Part shown: piece after piece, positions 53,021 through 63,452 of the stretch
Layout of the letters: each line of letters begins with the position of its first letter
Position numbering within the stretch: the stretch's first letter is position 1
Source: an uncultured Acidobacteriota bacterium
GTDB lineage: Bacteria; Acidobacteriota; Vicinamibacteria; Vicinamibacterales; UBA2999
Length of the DNA stretch: 64,000 nt
Assembly: GCA_963750995.1 (NCBI GenBank)
Contig: CAVVST010000003.1
Span: forward strand, 217,018-281,017
Direction: 5' to 3'
Made by a program: the position numbers and the translations under genes
The notes under the pieces: generated by a model
Told to the model about the DNA's origin: nothing
Databases searched by the model: none
The model's input: the letters and a program-made list of their open reading frames with translations, nothing else

Positions 53021-53325
53021 GCACCCGCCTTCCGCGGCGCCGGACGCGACGGCGCGTTGGCTTCGAGGGACTTCGCCACCGGCCGCGGGGTGGGGTCGAT
53101 GAGCACGGTCGCCTCACCGAACGCTCCACTGCGCACCAGCTCGATGGCGTCCTCGACCAGCTGCTTGGGCGACGCCGACTGGTACGAGACCAGCGTCAAG
53201 TCGCCCTGGTCATTTTCGAAGGTCAGCTGGCAATCGCCGGTTTCGTCGTACGACACGTGAAAACGCGCCACGGTCCCTCTTCCTTTGAATTTGAAAGTAC
53301 GAGTGTCCACATTCCTGCCCGCCAC
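53017..53325 (-). CDS. hypothetical protein (coupled to the metallophosphoesterase)
   Basis: 102 aa. The stop overlaps the downstream start by 4 nt. No family recognised. Confidence 0.5.
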   Translation of the reverse strand: MAGRNVDTRTFKFKGRGTVARFHVSYDETGDCQLTFENDQGDLTLVSYQSASPKQLVEDAIELVRSGAFGEATVLIDPTPRPVAKSLEANAPSRPAPRKAGA

Positions 53326-53857
53326 TCGTCGCGGCGGTCACCAAGGACTGTGACCGCCACAGGCGAATGACGCGTTCGCCTCGGGAATTTCGCCGGCTGG
53401 GAATGAGTTGGACTCGGCGAGCACACGGCGTGCCCGCTGGGGTGGGCTCACTTCTGCAATCGCAAAGTGCAGGGTTCGGTTGCCGCTTCGACCCCTCATG
53501 TCACGATACGGTTGAAGTTCCTGCACACCTTACCCTGACCCAGCCGACGCGGCGACCCGACGACTCATGTTCGTGAAGGTGTTCGCGATGATTCTGCATA
53601 TCAACCGCGGTGAAATCGTCTCAGACTGAATCTGCTTCGATCATCGACAACGTTTCCAGTGGAGCTGGCGAGGTGGATGGTGTTCGATTCGCTGTCTGGT
53701 TCAACCGACCTCACGCATGGTCGTTCGCGTCTCGACGGTTTCGGGCTCATGAGTGGCCCGGTGAGCTCGCAGCGCGCGAGCCGTTCCACAGCAGTACGCG
53801 CGGGAACCGTATGGCCCACGCGCCGGCGCCTTCAGGAACGGACGAAGGGAGGGCATT

Positions 53858-55030
53858 GTGGCCACTAGTCTCATTACTCAGCTGATCAACGACTTCAAAG
53901 GCGACACGCTCAGCACGGCTGCTTCGGCAATCGGAGAAACTCCAGCGCGAACAGAGAACGCGCTCGGTAGCGTGCTGCCGGCGTTGATCAGTGGCCTCGC
54001 CAACAAGGCGTCAACCTCTGGCCAGGCCACCGATCTTCTCGACATCATCAGGAGCAATGATCTGGACTCGGGCAGGTTGGCCGACGCGGCCACTGCGCTC
54101 AAGGATCCTGGCCGCATCACAGGACTGGGTAACACCGGGCGGTTCTTGATGGAGTCGATCTTCGGTGGACGTGCAGGATCACTCGCTGATTGGGCGGCCT
54201 CACGCTCCGGTATCAGCCGTTCGTCGGCGTCTTCGCTCCTGAACCTGTCCTTGCCGATCGTCCTTGGCATGATAGGCAAGCGCGTGAAGAGCGCCGGATG
54301 GAGCGCATCGAACCTGATGGCACTGCTCGAGGAGCAGCGGTCGTCGCTGCCGGATATGCCGGGGCTTGCGGCCGCCCTCAACCCCGACGCGGGGCGCGTC
54401 GAAACCTACAAGAGGGCAAGTGCGCCCTACGTGAGCACCCCGGAGCGTGAGCGTGTGCACGCCGCTCCGGTTGTCCATCAGCCCGTGCCCACATCGCGGC
54501 GAGCCTGGCTCTGGACCCTGCCGCTGGTGTTCCTGATTCCGCTGTTCACGTATCTGATCACGCGTGGCGACGAGCCGCGGCGCGTAGCCGAGACGACGAC
54601 GGCGCCGCAAGTAGCGATCCCGAGAGCGCCGAGCCCGGAACCGTCGAAGCCCGTGGGGACGAGTGGCTTCTTCTCGTCACGGGTTGTCCGTGAATCCGGT
54701 CCGTATCGGATCGAATTCCAAGCCGGCTCGTCTGGTATCACGTCGGCATCGGAGAACGAGCTGCGTGACGCCGCCGCCGTCCTCAACGCCAATGTGCGGA
54801 CACGTGCCGACATCAACGGTTACACCGGTAATGCCGGCGACGCCGAGGCTAACCGCAGGCTGTCGGAGGCGGATGCGACGGCCATGATGAACAAGCTCGT
54901 CAGCCTCGGAGTAGATCGCTCGCGCCTGAAGGCACAGGGGTACGGCGAGGAGGCACCGGTGGCCGACAACACCACGGCGGAGGGCCGGCAGCGCAATCGT
55001 CGTGTCGAAATCCGCGTGATGACCGAATAG
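53858..55030 (+). CDS. DUF937-like N-terminal domain / OmpA-family C-terminal domain protein
   Basis: GTG start after GGGAGGG. The N-terminus (ALGSVLPALISGLANKAS...LPIVLGMIGK) is DUF937-like. There is a TM span in the middle. C-terminal OmpA motif NGYTGNAGDAEANRRLSEADATAMMNKL...GRQRNRRVEIRV. Confidence 0.8.
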   Translation: MATSLITQLINDFKGDTLSTAASAIGETPARTENALGSVLPALISGLANKASTSGQATDLLDIIRSNDLDSGRLADAATALKDPGRITGLGNTGRFLMESIFGGRAGSLADWAASRSGISRSSASSLLNLSLPIVLGMIGKRVKSAGWSASNLMALLEEQRSSLPDMPGLAAALNPDAGRVETYKRASAPYVSTPERERVHAAPVVHQPVPTSRRAWLWTLPLVFLIPLFTYLITRGDEPRRVAETTTAPQVAIPRAPSPEPSKPVGTSGFFSSRVVRESGPYRIEFQAGSSGITSASENELRDAAAVLNANVRTRADINGYTGNAGDAEANRRLSEADATAMMNKLVSLGVDRSRLKAQGYGEEAPVADNTTAEGRQRNRRVEIRVMTE

Positions 55031-55108
55031 GTAGCGCTCGACCTGTCTCTCAGGGAGCGGACAAACGGTGCTTGCCCGCTCCTTGGACCGCACCGAGATC
55101 CCGCCGCG

Positions 55109-56191
55109 TCAGTCGGCGAGGCCGAGAAACGTGCCCAAACGAGCGCGCTCGTCGGCAAGTGCCTGGCCGAATCGACGATCGCGTGGCGGCTTCCCGGCGA
55201 CGTAGTCAGCATCGATGGTCAAGATGCCGCCGGCGACCGACACGTTCGCCCAGCCTATGACGCCTTCGCGCCACAACAGGGGCAGCGCATAGTAGCCCCA
55301 CCGGCGTTTCGGCACTGGCGTATACGCCTCGAATCGATACGCCCAGTTCCACAGCAGCTCGAACCGTCGTCGGTCCCAGACCACGGGATCGAATGGCGCC
55401 AGTAGACGGACGGTGTCGTCCGGTTCGGCGACACCTGGCTTTTCGCTGGCCGGCCAGTACCAGTCGACGCCGTCGACACGCGCATGCGCGAGCCGGTGTC
55501 GCGCGCGTTGCAGCGCACCGGTGAGCTCGCTGCTCCATTGCGGAACCGCGTATCGCAGGCGCCGGACTGCATACGACAGGCTCGCGGCCGGTAGCGGCGC
55601 ATAGACGTTCACGACCACCTCGACCAGCGCGTCGAGGCGGCGGCGGCGCTCGCGTGGGTCCAATCGGCCAGGACCGGGCTCGTTCAACCCGTAGATTCTG
55701 ATGCCGGCCTCGCGGCGCACGACACGCAGCAGGCCGCGGTAATGCATCGCATCCAGGAGATGGGTCGTCGCGCTCGACGAGCCACCCCAATAGTTCGTCA
55801 CGCTGCCGAGCGAGAAATGATCGTCAACCTCGCGCGGGTGCACAGGACCGCGAACGCGAATGAACTCCAGCAGGCCCTTGACGTGCCTGCCGCGGGTGAC
55901 GCTCCACGGCGCCTGACCACGGCGAGGATGCATCAGGCGGAACACGCGCTCGGTGACAAAGCCGTAGTTGATGAAGAAGTCCTCGTGGACCCCCAGGCGG
56001 GGGTACTGGCGCTCCAGGTCGCCCGCGCGGTAGTTCGTCACCCGGTGCCGCAGTGTCAGATCCTGAGCGCGGGCCGGCGCTCGAATCGGATCGGCCTGCA
56101 CGAACCCGAATGCATCGAGCGCCTTCCGCAGGGACGTCGGCGGAAAGAGGCTCCGCGTGACTGCGTGTCGGCGCAGTTCGTCGATGGTCAA
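55109..56191 (-). CDS. YcaQ-family winged-helix DNA glycosylase-like protein (DUF1006)
   Basis: LDAFGFVQADPIRAPARAQDLTLRHRV..YRAGDLE...YALPLLW..IGWANV are typical of YcaQ/AlkZ-like proteins. Confidence 0.75.
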   Translation of the reverse strand: MTIDELRRHAVTRSLFPPTSLRKALDAFGFVQADPIRAPARAQDLTLRHRVTNYRAGDLERQYPRLGVHEDFFINYGFVTERVFRLMHPRRGQAPWSVTRGRHVKGLLEFIRVRGPVHPREVDDHFSLGSVTNYWGGSSSATTHLLDAMHYRGLLRVVRREAGIRIYGLNEPGPGRLDPRERRRRLDALVEVVVNVYAPLPAASLSYAVRRLRYAVPQWSSELTGALQRARHRLAHARVDGVDWYWPASEKPGVAEPDDTVRLLAPFDPVVWDRRRFELLWNWAYRFEAYTPVPKRRWGYYALPLLWREGVIGWANVSVAGGILTIDADYVAGKPPRDRRFGQALADERARLGTFLGLAD

Positions 56192-56197
56192 TCGACG

Positions 56198-56848
56198 TCA
56201 ATTATCACGGAGGGGCGGACACGGCGCGTTAGAGTAGCCGGAGCGGAACGGCACGACGGCACCCGACGCTGGATCGAACTTGTGCCGCCAGACGCACGCG
56301 GTGTCGTTAGCCAGGAGATGGATGGAAATCGACGGCTCGTCCGACACCGTCTGTACGTAGTGAATGTCCTCGGCCGGCGGCAACAGCGTGTAGAACTCGC
56401 CGGCGCCAAGCGTCCGCTGGGTGGTCAGTTCCAGGTCGGCGCGCGTCGGGTCGCTCCCGTCGTCGCGCCGCTCGTAAATCGTCTCGTTCTGACGGCCTCG
56501 GTAGATGCCGACGATCCCCCAGGCGAGGTGGTCGTGGACCGGCGTCGCCGCGGCGACCGGGACGACGAGAGAGAACAGGCACAGCGAGCCGTCGTGAGCG
56601 CGATACAGGGCGTATTGGGCGATGCCGCCTCCCATCCTGCTCCGCTCGTCGGGCCGCGCGCACGAGTCGGGCAGCCAGCCGTCGGCGGCCAGCAGCTTCG
56701 CGAACGCGGGGCGAAGCGCATCGACGCGCTCCGCATCGCTCGGGATCGTGCGGCGAAGGCGTTCGGTCTCCTCAATCAGCGCGCGGATCTCGTGCGTGTC
56801 AACCAGATATCCAAACCCCTCGGTACGGAAGTGGCCCATGTCGCACAT
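56198..56848 (-). CDS. cysteine dioxygenase type I-like cupin (thiol dioxygenase family)
   Basis: TPVHDHLAWGIVGIYRGRQNETIY...IHYVQTV: HxH...H cupin metal ligands in a CDO-like arrangement. Confidence 0.65.
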   Translation of the reverse strand: MCDMGHFRTEGFGYLVDTHEIRALIEETERLRRTIPSDAERVDALRPAFAKLLAADGWLPDSCARPDERSRMGGGIAQYALYRAHDGSLCLFSLVVPVAAATPVHDHLAWGIVGIYRGRQNETIYERRDDGSDPTRADLELTTQRTLGAGEFYTLLPPAEDIHYVQTVSDEPSISIHLLANDTACVWRHKFDPASGAVVPFRSGYSNAPCPPLRDN

Positions 56849-56935
56849 CGAACGCCTCCGCGGTTACAGGATTGAGCAGAAAGAGAAGCTGCGTCAGAAC
56901 GAGCGGTGCATTGTGCAGCACATCGAGCGGGCAGT

Positions 56936-58249
56936 TCAAGACACTGGGCCGGTTATGGCGCGCCAGCGCCGCGCCGTCGCCAGATAGAACAGTAGACCGC
57001 CTGTGGCCGCGATGGCCACGAGCAGGGCGTCAGATGCGTTGCTGCTCGAGAACAGCCAGCCAATCAGAGCCAGCGCCACGACGGCGACGATGTTGCCGGC
57101 GGGCGCGATGAACTGCGCCGGCCGGTCAGCCCTCCGGCGCAGCATCGGGAGCGCCGCACAGGTGACAGCGTAGGTCGTCAGTCGAATCACCGTGCTGAGC
57201 CGCGCCGCGGTGAGGAACGTGCCGGTAACGGTCAGCAGCGCGACGCCGATCGCCGTGACAACGATCGCGACATGCGGCGTGCGGAAGCGGACGTGGGTCG
57301 CCACCAGGGTTGGCGGCAGCTGCCCCTGCTCCGCCATTGCGAAGAGGAGTCGCGAGCCGGCAAGCAGCACGGCATTGAGCGTGCCGAGAATCGAGACGAG
57401 CGCGCCGACGGCGATGAACGCCGCGCCGGAGCCGCCGAAGATGCGCGCGCCAACGTCGGCCAGCGGACGCGACGACACGGCGAGATCCGGGACGACGCCG
57501 ATCGACACCGCCTGAATCGCGACGTAGAGGACGGTGGCCATCGCCGTGCCGATGATCAGCGCGAAGGGCAGATCGCGGCGCGGGTCGCGCGCCTCGCCCG
57601 CCGGGATGACCGCATTCTCGAACCCGGTAAACGCGAACACGAGCAGCAGCACCGCCGACGAAAAGCCCGCGTAGGTCGCCGGGCCCGCGGCCGAGTATGC
57701 CGCGGGGTCGATGAAGAAGCTGCCGCCGATGACCAAGAACAGCAGCGGCAACAGTTTCCCGAGTGTGAAGACATTGTTGAAGGTCGCCGCCTGCCGCACC
57801 CCGCGAACATTGACGATCGTCAGGGCGAGCACGACGGCGACGATTGACGCCGTCCGGGCGGGGCCGGGCGCCGACACCGGCAAGAACGCGCCGAGATAGT
57901 CAGCAAAGAGATTGCAGAGCGCCGCAAAGCCGGTGAGCCGCGCCAGCCAGGCGAGCCAGCCGATCTCGAAGCCGACGAGGGGGCCGAAGGTCGCGCGTCC
58001 GTAAAGATACAGCCCGCCGGTTTCGGTGAAGCGGCTGCTCACCTCGGCGAAGCACAGGATGATCAGGAAGATTGCGACCGCGCAGGCGACGTAGGCGAGG
58101 AGACTGTAGTCAGCAGCGAGCGTGTACACGCGCGACGGCAGCCCGAAGATGCCGGCGCCGACGGTCACATTGAGGACGAGCGCGACCAGGTCCCACTTCC
58201 GGATCGCGCGAAGCAGCCCGGTCCCGGCGGCCGGTTCCGTACGCGTCAT
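56936..58249 (-). CDS. APC-superfamily amino acid permease
   Basis: 437 aa, about 12 TM spans. LRAIRKWDLVALVLNVTVGAGIFGLPS...CFAEVSSRFTETGGLYLY. Confidence 0.85.
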   Translation of the reverse strand: MTRTEPAAGTGLLRAIRKWDLVALVLNVTVGAGIFGLPSRVYTLAADYSLLAYVACAVAIFLIILCFAEVSSRFTETGGLYLYGRATFGPLVGFEIGWLAWLARLTGFAALCNLFADYLGAFLPVSAPGPARTASIVAVVLALTIVNVRGVRQAATFNNVFTLGKLLPLLFLVIGGSFFIDPAAYSAAGPATYAGFSSAVLLLVFAFTGFENAVIPAGEARDPRRDLPFALIIGTAMATVLYVAIQAVSIGVVPDLAVSSRPLADVGARIFGGSGAAFIAVGALVSILGTLNAVLLAGSRLLFAMAEQGQLPPTLVATHVRFRTPHVAIVVTAIGVALLTVTGTFLTAARLSTVIRLTTYAVTCAALPMLRRRADRPAQFIAPAGNIVAVVALALIGWLFSSSNASDALLVAIAATGGLLFYLATARRWRAITGPVS

Positions 58250-58298
58250 GCCGAAGCACTGACTCTACCCGCAGTCCCTCGCGGCGCAAAGAGATGGT

Positions 58299-58748
58299 AT
58301 GGTGCCTCCAACGTCCAGCCGCTATAATCGCGCGTTCATGGACACGTTCGGTACCGATGACAACACGGAATTGAAGTTGCGGCTCGGCGGGTATCTGCAG
58401 CCGAACCAGCAGTTGCATCGCAACGTGTTGTTCGAGCAGCTTTTCGCGTCGATTCCGAAGGATCCACAGGTCGCCGTCCTGATCTACAACGCGGAGATTG
58501 CTCCCGGCGGCTATACCAACTGGCATTGCCACAACGGCCCGACGTTTTTCGTCGCGTTGCAGGGTATCTTCGAAGCGCACTTCGATGACGGCTTCGTCCT
58601 GAACGCAAGAGCCGGCGACGTCTACTCGGAGCCGATTGGTCGGTTCCACCGTGGACACAACCCGCATCGGGAGCTGCCCTACCTGTGCATCGCCTTTTGT
58701 CTCACCTCACCCGATCTTCCGCACGTAACGAATCGAGAGATGCCCTGA
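58299..58748 (+). CDS. cupin-domain protein
   Basis: GGYTNWHCHNGPTFFVALQG...GDVYSEPIGRFHRGHNP is a cupin motif pair. The start may instead be at M14 (58338). Confidence 0.6.
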   Translation: MVPPTSSRYNRAFMDTFGTDDNTELKLRLGGYLQPNQQLHRNVLFEQLFASIPKDPQVAVLIYNAEIAPGGYTNWHCHNGPTFFVALQGIFEAHFDDGFVLNARAGDVYSEPIGRFHRGHNPHRELPYLCIAFCLTSPDLPHVTNREMP

Positions 58749-59031
58749 CATCCGCCGTAGCTCGCCTGAACTGACGCGAGCGAGGCCTCGCTAGTACCTG
58801 CAGGGTCATCACGGCATTGCGAACCAGCGAGATCACGTTCACGCCGCCGGTCAAGCCGCAGCAGCCTGCAAACAGGACGTCCACTTTGTGCGTGCCTGGC
58901 CCGATGGAGGCGAAAAAGCTATACGCCACCATCCGCGTCAGATTCTTGTCGGTTTCCTCAGGGTCCCACACGACTGGCGCCTGAACGGTCGGTACCGAAT
59001 AAGGACGCGCGGGTGACGCGAAGCGCGTCAA
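58702..59031 (-). CDS. hypothetical protein (weak call)
   Basis: 109-aa ORF in an AT-richer stretch. Its 3' end overlaps the convergent cupin gene by 47 nt. No family recognised. Confidence 0.3.
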   Translation of the reverse strand: MTRFASPARPYSVPTVQAPVVWDPEETDKNLTRMVAYSFFASIGPGTHKVDVLFAGCCGLTGGVNVISLVRNAVMTLQVLARPRSRQFRRATADVRASLDSLRAEDRVR

Positions 59032-59163
59032 TCACTGCCGATAAAGCCGCTGTCTGTTGCCGCTGACTCGGGTATCAGAGGAAAGAGCCAGCGAAGGAGG
59101 GAAGAGAAGTGGCGCCAAACTCCTCGACTCGGCACCCCTTCTCCGCCCGGCTGTTGACCGTTC

Positions 59164-59712
59164 TCAGCGAGCTGCGCCCGGGGAAGTAATGGTGCCGTGG
59201 AATGAGCCGAAGATATCGTGCATTTCGACGCCACCGGCTACACTACTGACTTCGAACTTGTGGAAGAGCTCCACGGTAAAGCTCCCCTGCGCTTCCGTTA
59301 ATCGACCGGTCCCTCCAGTAATGGTGTGAATTTCAGTGACTTTAAGGAACCCGCCGGGTAAATCCGAAAGTTCTGCCTGTCCGACAACTGTCGTATAGAT
59401 GCTGTCTCCATTGGCCGCGACCAAATGAGCCGACCCTGTGGCACTGAAGTTCAGGAGGTTTCCCGTAACTTCCCGATTCAGTGAAAATCGACCGAGCTGG
59501 GCACCAACTCCCCGGGCGGTTGTGCTGATCACTACCGAGGTCGCCTCTGGCGGCAGAATGTCATGGGCGTCATATCCTTGGAAGGTGCCCTTGAAGCATC
59601 CTGGCGCGTCGCTTGAGCACGAAGTCTGTGCCGCCGCCGGGACGGCAAGCGCCGCCGTCAGAATCATCGCCGCGATTGATACGTAGATCTGGGACCTCGT
59701 TCTGGTTGTCAT
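59164..59712 (-). CDS. secreted hypothetical beta-rich protein
   Basis: Signal MTTRTRSQIYVSIAAMILTAALAVPAAAQ. GGTGRLTEAQGSFTV-type strand patterns. AT-richer than the window average. Confidence 0.6.
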   Translation of the reverse strand: MTTRTRSQIYVSIAAMILTAALAVPAAAQTSCSSDAPGCFKGTFQGYDAHDILPPEATSVVISTTARGVGAQLGRFSLNREVTGNLLNFSATGSAHLVAANGDSIYTTVVGQAELSDLPGGFLKVTEIHTITGGTGRLTEAQGSFTVELFHKFEVSSVAGGVEMHDIFGSFHGTITSPGAAR

Positions 59713-59822
59713 ATGCGCACCTCAAAGCCAGCGGTCGCCAATCCCTGGATTCGCGTTTGATTTCACCGCAACCTACAAGTCGCTGATGCCAAACGCGTTG
59801 TTCTGGAGGACATTGTGACCGC

Positions 59823-60482
59823 GTGTTCTCCCTTTCACTGGTACAGGCGGAAGCAGGCAACAAAAGCGGCCATGTCTCCTGGATATTTCTTGTGCCCAAC
59901 AGAGAGAACGGGCCACCGATCGAGGAACCCTCCGGAGAAATCACGAATCTACTGAGGGCCTGGAGCGGGGGCGATGACGCTGCGCTCGATCGGCTGGCGG
60001 AGCAGGTCTATCCGGAATTGCGTCGGATGGCTCGCCGGTACATGAAGAACGAACGCCAGGCGAACACACTGCAGTCCACGGGGTTGGTCCACGAGGTGTA
60101 CCTCCGCCTCGTGGACGTGCGCAAGGTCGACTGGCGCGCGCGCGCACAGTTTTATGCGATGGCGGCGCAGATGATGCGGCGCATCCTCGTGGACGCGGCG
60201 CGCGCCCGTGCTTCTACGAAGCGCGGCGGTTCGGCAGCCAAAGTGAACATCGACGACACCGCGGTGTTGTCTCCGGCGCCGGACCGATCGATTCTGGCGT
60301 TGGACGAGGCGCTCACGGCGTTCTCGCGCCTCGCGCCGCGGCAGGCCAGGGTTGTCGAGTTGCGTTATTTTGGCGGCCTGACGGAGGAGGAGATTGTCGC
60401 GGCGCTCGACATCTCACCGCGCACGATCAGGCGCGACTGGGATATTGCCAAAGCGTGGCTGGCGCGCGAGCTGAATCGGTAG
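59823..60482 (+). CDS. ECF-type RNA polymerase sigma factor (kinase-associated, TIGR02999/ECF43-like)
   Basis: [36 protein letters not shown]...[16 protein letters not shown]...[38 protein letters not shown]. The start is uncertain (GTG at 59823 or downstream). Confidence 0.85.
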   Translation: MFSLSLVQAEAGNKSGHVSWIFLVPNRENGPPIEEPSGEITNLLRAWSGGDDAALDRLAEQVYPELRRMARRYMKNERQANTLQSTGLVHEVYLRLVDVRKVDWRARAQFYAMAAQMMRRILVDAARARASTKRGGSAAKVNIDDTAVLSPAPDRSILALDEALTAFSRLAPRQARVVELRYFGGLTEEEIVAALDISPRTIRRDWDIAKAWLARELNR

Positions 60483-60505
60483 AATCGGTGTCATTGTTTC
60501 ACCCC

Positions 60506-63376
60506 ATGACCCCGGAGCGGTTTCGGCACATTGAAGAGCTCTATCATGCTGCGCGTGAAGCGACTGCCGACGAGCGGGCGGCGCTGCTGGCGCGGGCAGA
60601 TCCCGAACTGCGCCATGAAGTCGAATTGCTGCTCGCGGAGCGCAAAGGGGTCGAATTCCTCGATCGGCCCGCCATCCAGCACGCCTTCGACCTTCTAGAG
60701 GACTCGACGGCCGTCCCCTTGGCCGCGGGCGCGCGCCTGGGTCCATACCGCATCGAACACAAGCTCGGCGAAGGCGGCATGGGCGAAGTCTTTCACGCGG
60801 TCGACACGCGGTTGGGCCGCGCCGTCGCGATCAAGATTACCCACGAGCAGTTCAGCGCGCGGTTCCAACGCGAAGCGCGCGCGATTGCCTCCCTGAACCA
60901 TCCGAACATCTGCACGGTCCACGACGTTGGCCCGAACTATCTCGTCATGGAGCTGGTGGAGGGCGAAACGTTAGCGGCACGGCTCAAGAGCGGACCGCTC
61001 CCGATCAACACGGCGCTGCTGTATGCCTCACAGATTGCCGCTGCACTAGCCGAAGCGCACGCCAAGGACATCGTTCACCGCGATCTCAAACCGGGCAACA
61101 TCATGGTCGCGCGATCCGGCATCAAGGTGCTGGATTTCGGGCTGGCCAGATCGGGCCAGGATCAGACGGTCACGGTCAGCCGCACGGTGATGGGCACGCC
61201 CGGCTACATGGCACCAGAGCAGCGTGAAGGCACACCGGCCGATGCGCGCGCGGACATCTATTCGTTCGGCTGCGTCCTCTACGAAGTGTTCACCGGCGCA
61301 ACAGTCGCCGCCCGAAGACGGCGCTTCCCCTCGCGGAAGCTGGAACAAATCGCGAGCCGGTGTCTCGAAGAGGACCCGGGACGCCGGTGGCAATCTGTCG
61401 CCGAGTTGCAGCGCGAACTGGCCGGCATCACCGCCACCAGCACGCATGGCACACGCGTCTTTGCCGCCGCCGTAGCGACGCTGGCGTCGTTCGCCGCGGC
61501 GTATTTCTATTTCCAGCCCGCTCCGAGACTCACCGACAAGGACCTCATCGTCCTTGCCGACTTCACGAATCGGACGGGCGACCCAGTGTTCGACGAAACA
61601 CTGCGACAAGGACTGGCCGTGCAGTTGGAGCAGTCGCCGTTCCTCAGTCTCCTGTCCGACCAACGCATCCGAAGAACGCTGCCTTTGATGAACGTGCCGG
61701 CGGACGCGCGATTGACTCCGGAGATCGCGCAGGGGGTATGCGTCCGGACAGCGAGCGCGGCCGTGCTCGAAGGATCGATCGCCACGCTCGGAAGTCAGTA
61801 CGTCCTCGGCCTGCGCGCGAAGAACTGTACGACCGGCGACGTTCTCGCCGACGAGCAGGTACAGGCGGCAAGGAAGGAAGATGTCCTCGGCGCGCTGGGC
61901 CAGATGGTGAAACGGTTCAGGACACGAGTGGGTGAATCGCTCGCCACCGTCGAAAAACACTCGACGCCGCTCCAGGAAGCGACGACCCCGTCACTGGAAG
62001 CCCTGCAGGCCTACAGCACCGCGTTACGAGTGGTCATGTCATCCGGATCATGGTTGCCGGCCCGGCCGCTGTTGGAGCGCGCGATCGCCATCGACCCGGA
62101 CTTTGCGATCGCCCATGCGTGGCTCGGATTCAGTTACAGCGGTCTCGGAGAGTCGACGCTGGCGCGGCAGAGCACGCTGAAGGCGTACCAATTGCGCGCT
62201 CGAGCCAGCGACGTCGAGCGGTTCTGGATCGAGACGCTGTACGACCGCCAGGTGACCGGCAATCTGGAGCGGGAGCAGCGGACGCTCGAGTCGTGGGCGC
62301 GGACGTATCCGCGCGATTCCGTTCCTCCCGGATTGCTGTCAGGTTTCGCCACAGGGAGCACCGGCAGATACGAACTGTCGATCGCCGAAGCCGGCAAGGC
62401 CATCGCGCTCGATCCTGACCTGGCACCCGCATACAGCAGCAAGGCGCTCGGCGAGCTCCGCCTGAATCGGCTGGCCGATGCCGAGGGGACCGTTCGTCGA
62501 GCGACGGAACGCAACCTCGACTCCCCAGAGTATTTCCTGGTGCGGTACTTCATCGCCTTCTTGCACGGCGATGGCGAGAACATCAAGCGAAAGGCGGCGC
62601 TGGCCAGGGGAAAGCCTTTCACGGAAGACATGATTTCACACGTGGAGGCGCTCGTTCTGGCTCGTGCCGGCCGATTGCAGGACGCGAGACGGACGGCCGC
62701 GGTCGCCGTCGACATCGCGACGCAGAAGGGTCAGCGTGAACGGGCGGCTTCGTTCGAAGCGGCAACCGCGGTGTGGGAGGGCTTCTACGGGAATGCGGCC
62801 GCAGCAAGACGGCGGGCAACCACGGCTCTCGAGCTTGCCAGGGGGCGCGACGTGGACTACACCGCCGCGTTCGCACTGGCCCTCGCTGGCGACGTCGCTC
62901 GATCGCGGGCGCTTGCCGACGGCCTCGCCAGGAATTTTCCTGAAGATACGTCGGTGCAATACATGTATCTGCCGACGCTTCGGGCGCTGCTCTCGTTACA
63001 CGCGCATGATCCGGCAGCGGCGATTCAATCGCTGCAGACCGCTTCCCGCTTCGACCTCGCCGTGGGCGGCATCGGCTTCAATGCGCTCTTCGGTGCGCTG
63101 TATCCGGTCTACGTTCGCGGCCAGGCGTACCTCGCCGGACGTCAACCCGCCGACGCCGCCGGCGAGTTCCAGCGCATTCTCGATCATCGAAGCATCGTCC
63201 TGGTCGATCCCATGGATGCGATGGCGCGCCTGCAGCTGGCGAGAGCGCTCGTGCTCTCGGGCGAAACCGCGAAGGCGAAAAGCGCCTACAACGATCTCTT
63301 TGCACTGTGGAAAGATGCCGACCCCAAAATCCCGATCGTCAACGAGGCACGAGCGGAATACGCAAAACTACAGTGA
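60506..63376 (+). CDS. Hanks-type Ser/Thr protein kinase with TM segment and long C-terminal TPR region
   Basis: ATG at 60506: [16 protein letters not shown].... [41 protein letters not shown] segment [19 protein letters not shown], followed by TPR-like repeats. Confidence 0.9.
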   Translation: MTPERFRHIEELYHAAREATADERAALLARADPELRHEVELLLAERKGVEFLDRPAIQHAFDLLEDSTAVPLAAGARLGPYRIEHKLGEGGMGEVFHAVDTRLGRAVAIKITHEQFSARFQREARAIASLNHPNICTVHDVGPNYLVMELVEGETLAARLKSGPLPINTALLYASQIAAALAEAHAKDIVHRDLKPGNIMVARSGIKVLDFGLARSGQDQTVTVSRTVMGTPGYMAPEQREGTPADARADIYSFGCVLYEVFTGATVAARRRRFPSRKLEQIASRCLEEDPGRRWQSVAELQRELAGITATSTHGTRVFAAAVATLASFAAAYFYFQPAPRLTDKDLIVLADFTNRTGDPVFDETLRQGLAVQLEQSPFLSLLSDQRIRRTLPLMNVPADARLTPEIAQGVCVRTASAAVLEGSIATLGSQYVLGLRAKNCTTGDVLADEQVQAARKEDVLGALGQMVKRFRTRVGESLATVEKHSTPLQEATTPSLEALQAYSTALRVVMSSGSWLPARPLLERAIAIDPDFAIAHAWLGFSYSGLGESTLARQSTLKAYQLRARASDVERFWIETLYDRQVTGNLEREQRTLESWARTYPRDSVPPGLLSGFATGSTGRYELSIAEAGKAIALDPDLAPAYSSKALGELRLNRLADAEGTVRRATERNLDSPEYFLVRYFIAFLHGDGENIKRKAALARGKPFTEDMISHVEALVLARAGRLQDARRTAAVAVDIATQKGQRERAASFEAATAVWEGFYGNAAAARRRATTALELARGRDVDYTAAFALALAGDVARSRALADGLARNFPEDTSVQYMYLPTLRALLSLHAHDPAAAIQSLQTASRFDLAVGGIGFNALFGALYPVYVRGQAYLAGRQPADAAGEFQRILDHRSIVLVDPMDAMARLQLARALVLSGETAKAKSAYNDLFALWKDADPKIPIVNEARAEYAKLQ

Positions 63377-63452
63377 GCCCGGTCCGAGAAAGGCCGGCTT
63401 CAAACCTGCTTCTCGATCAACCCGTAACGCTCGGACCTGCAGTGTCCCTCCG

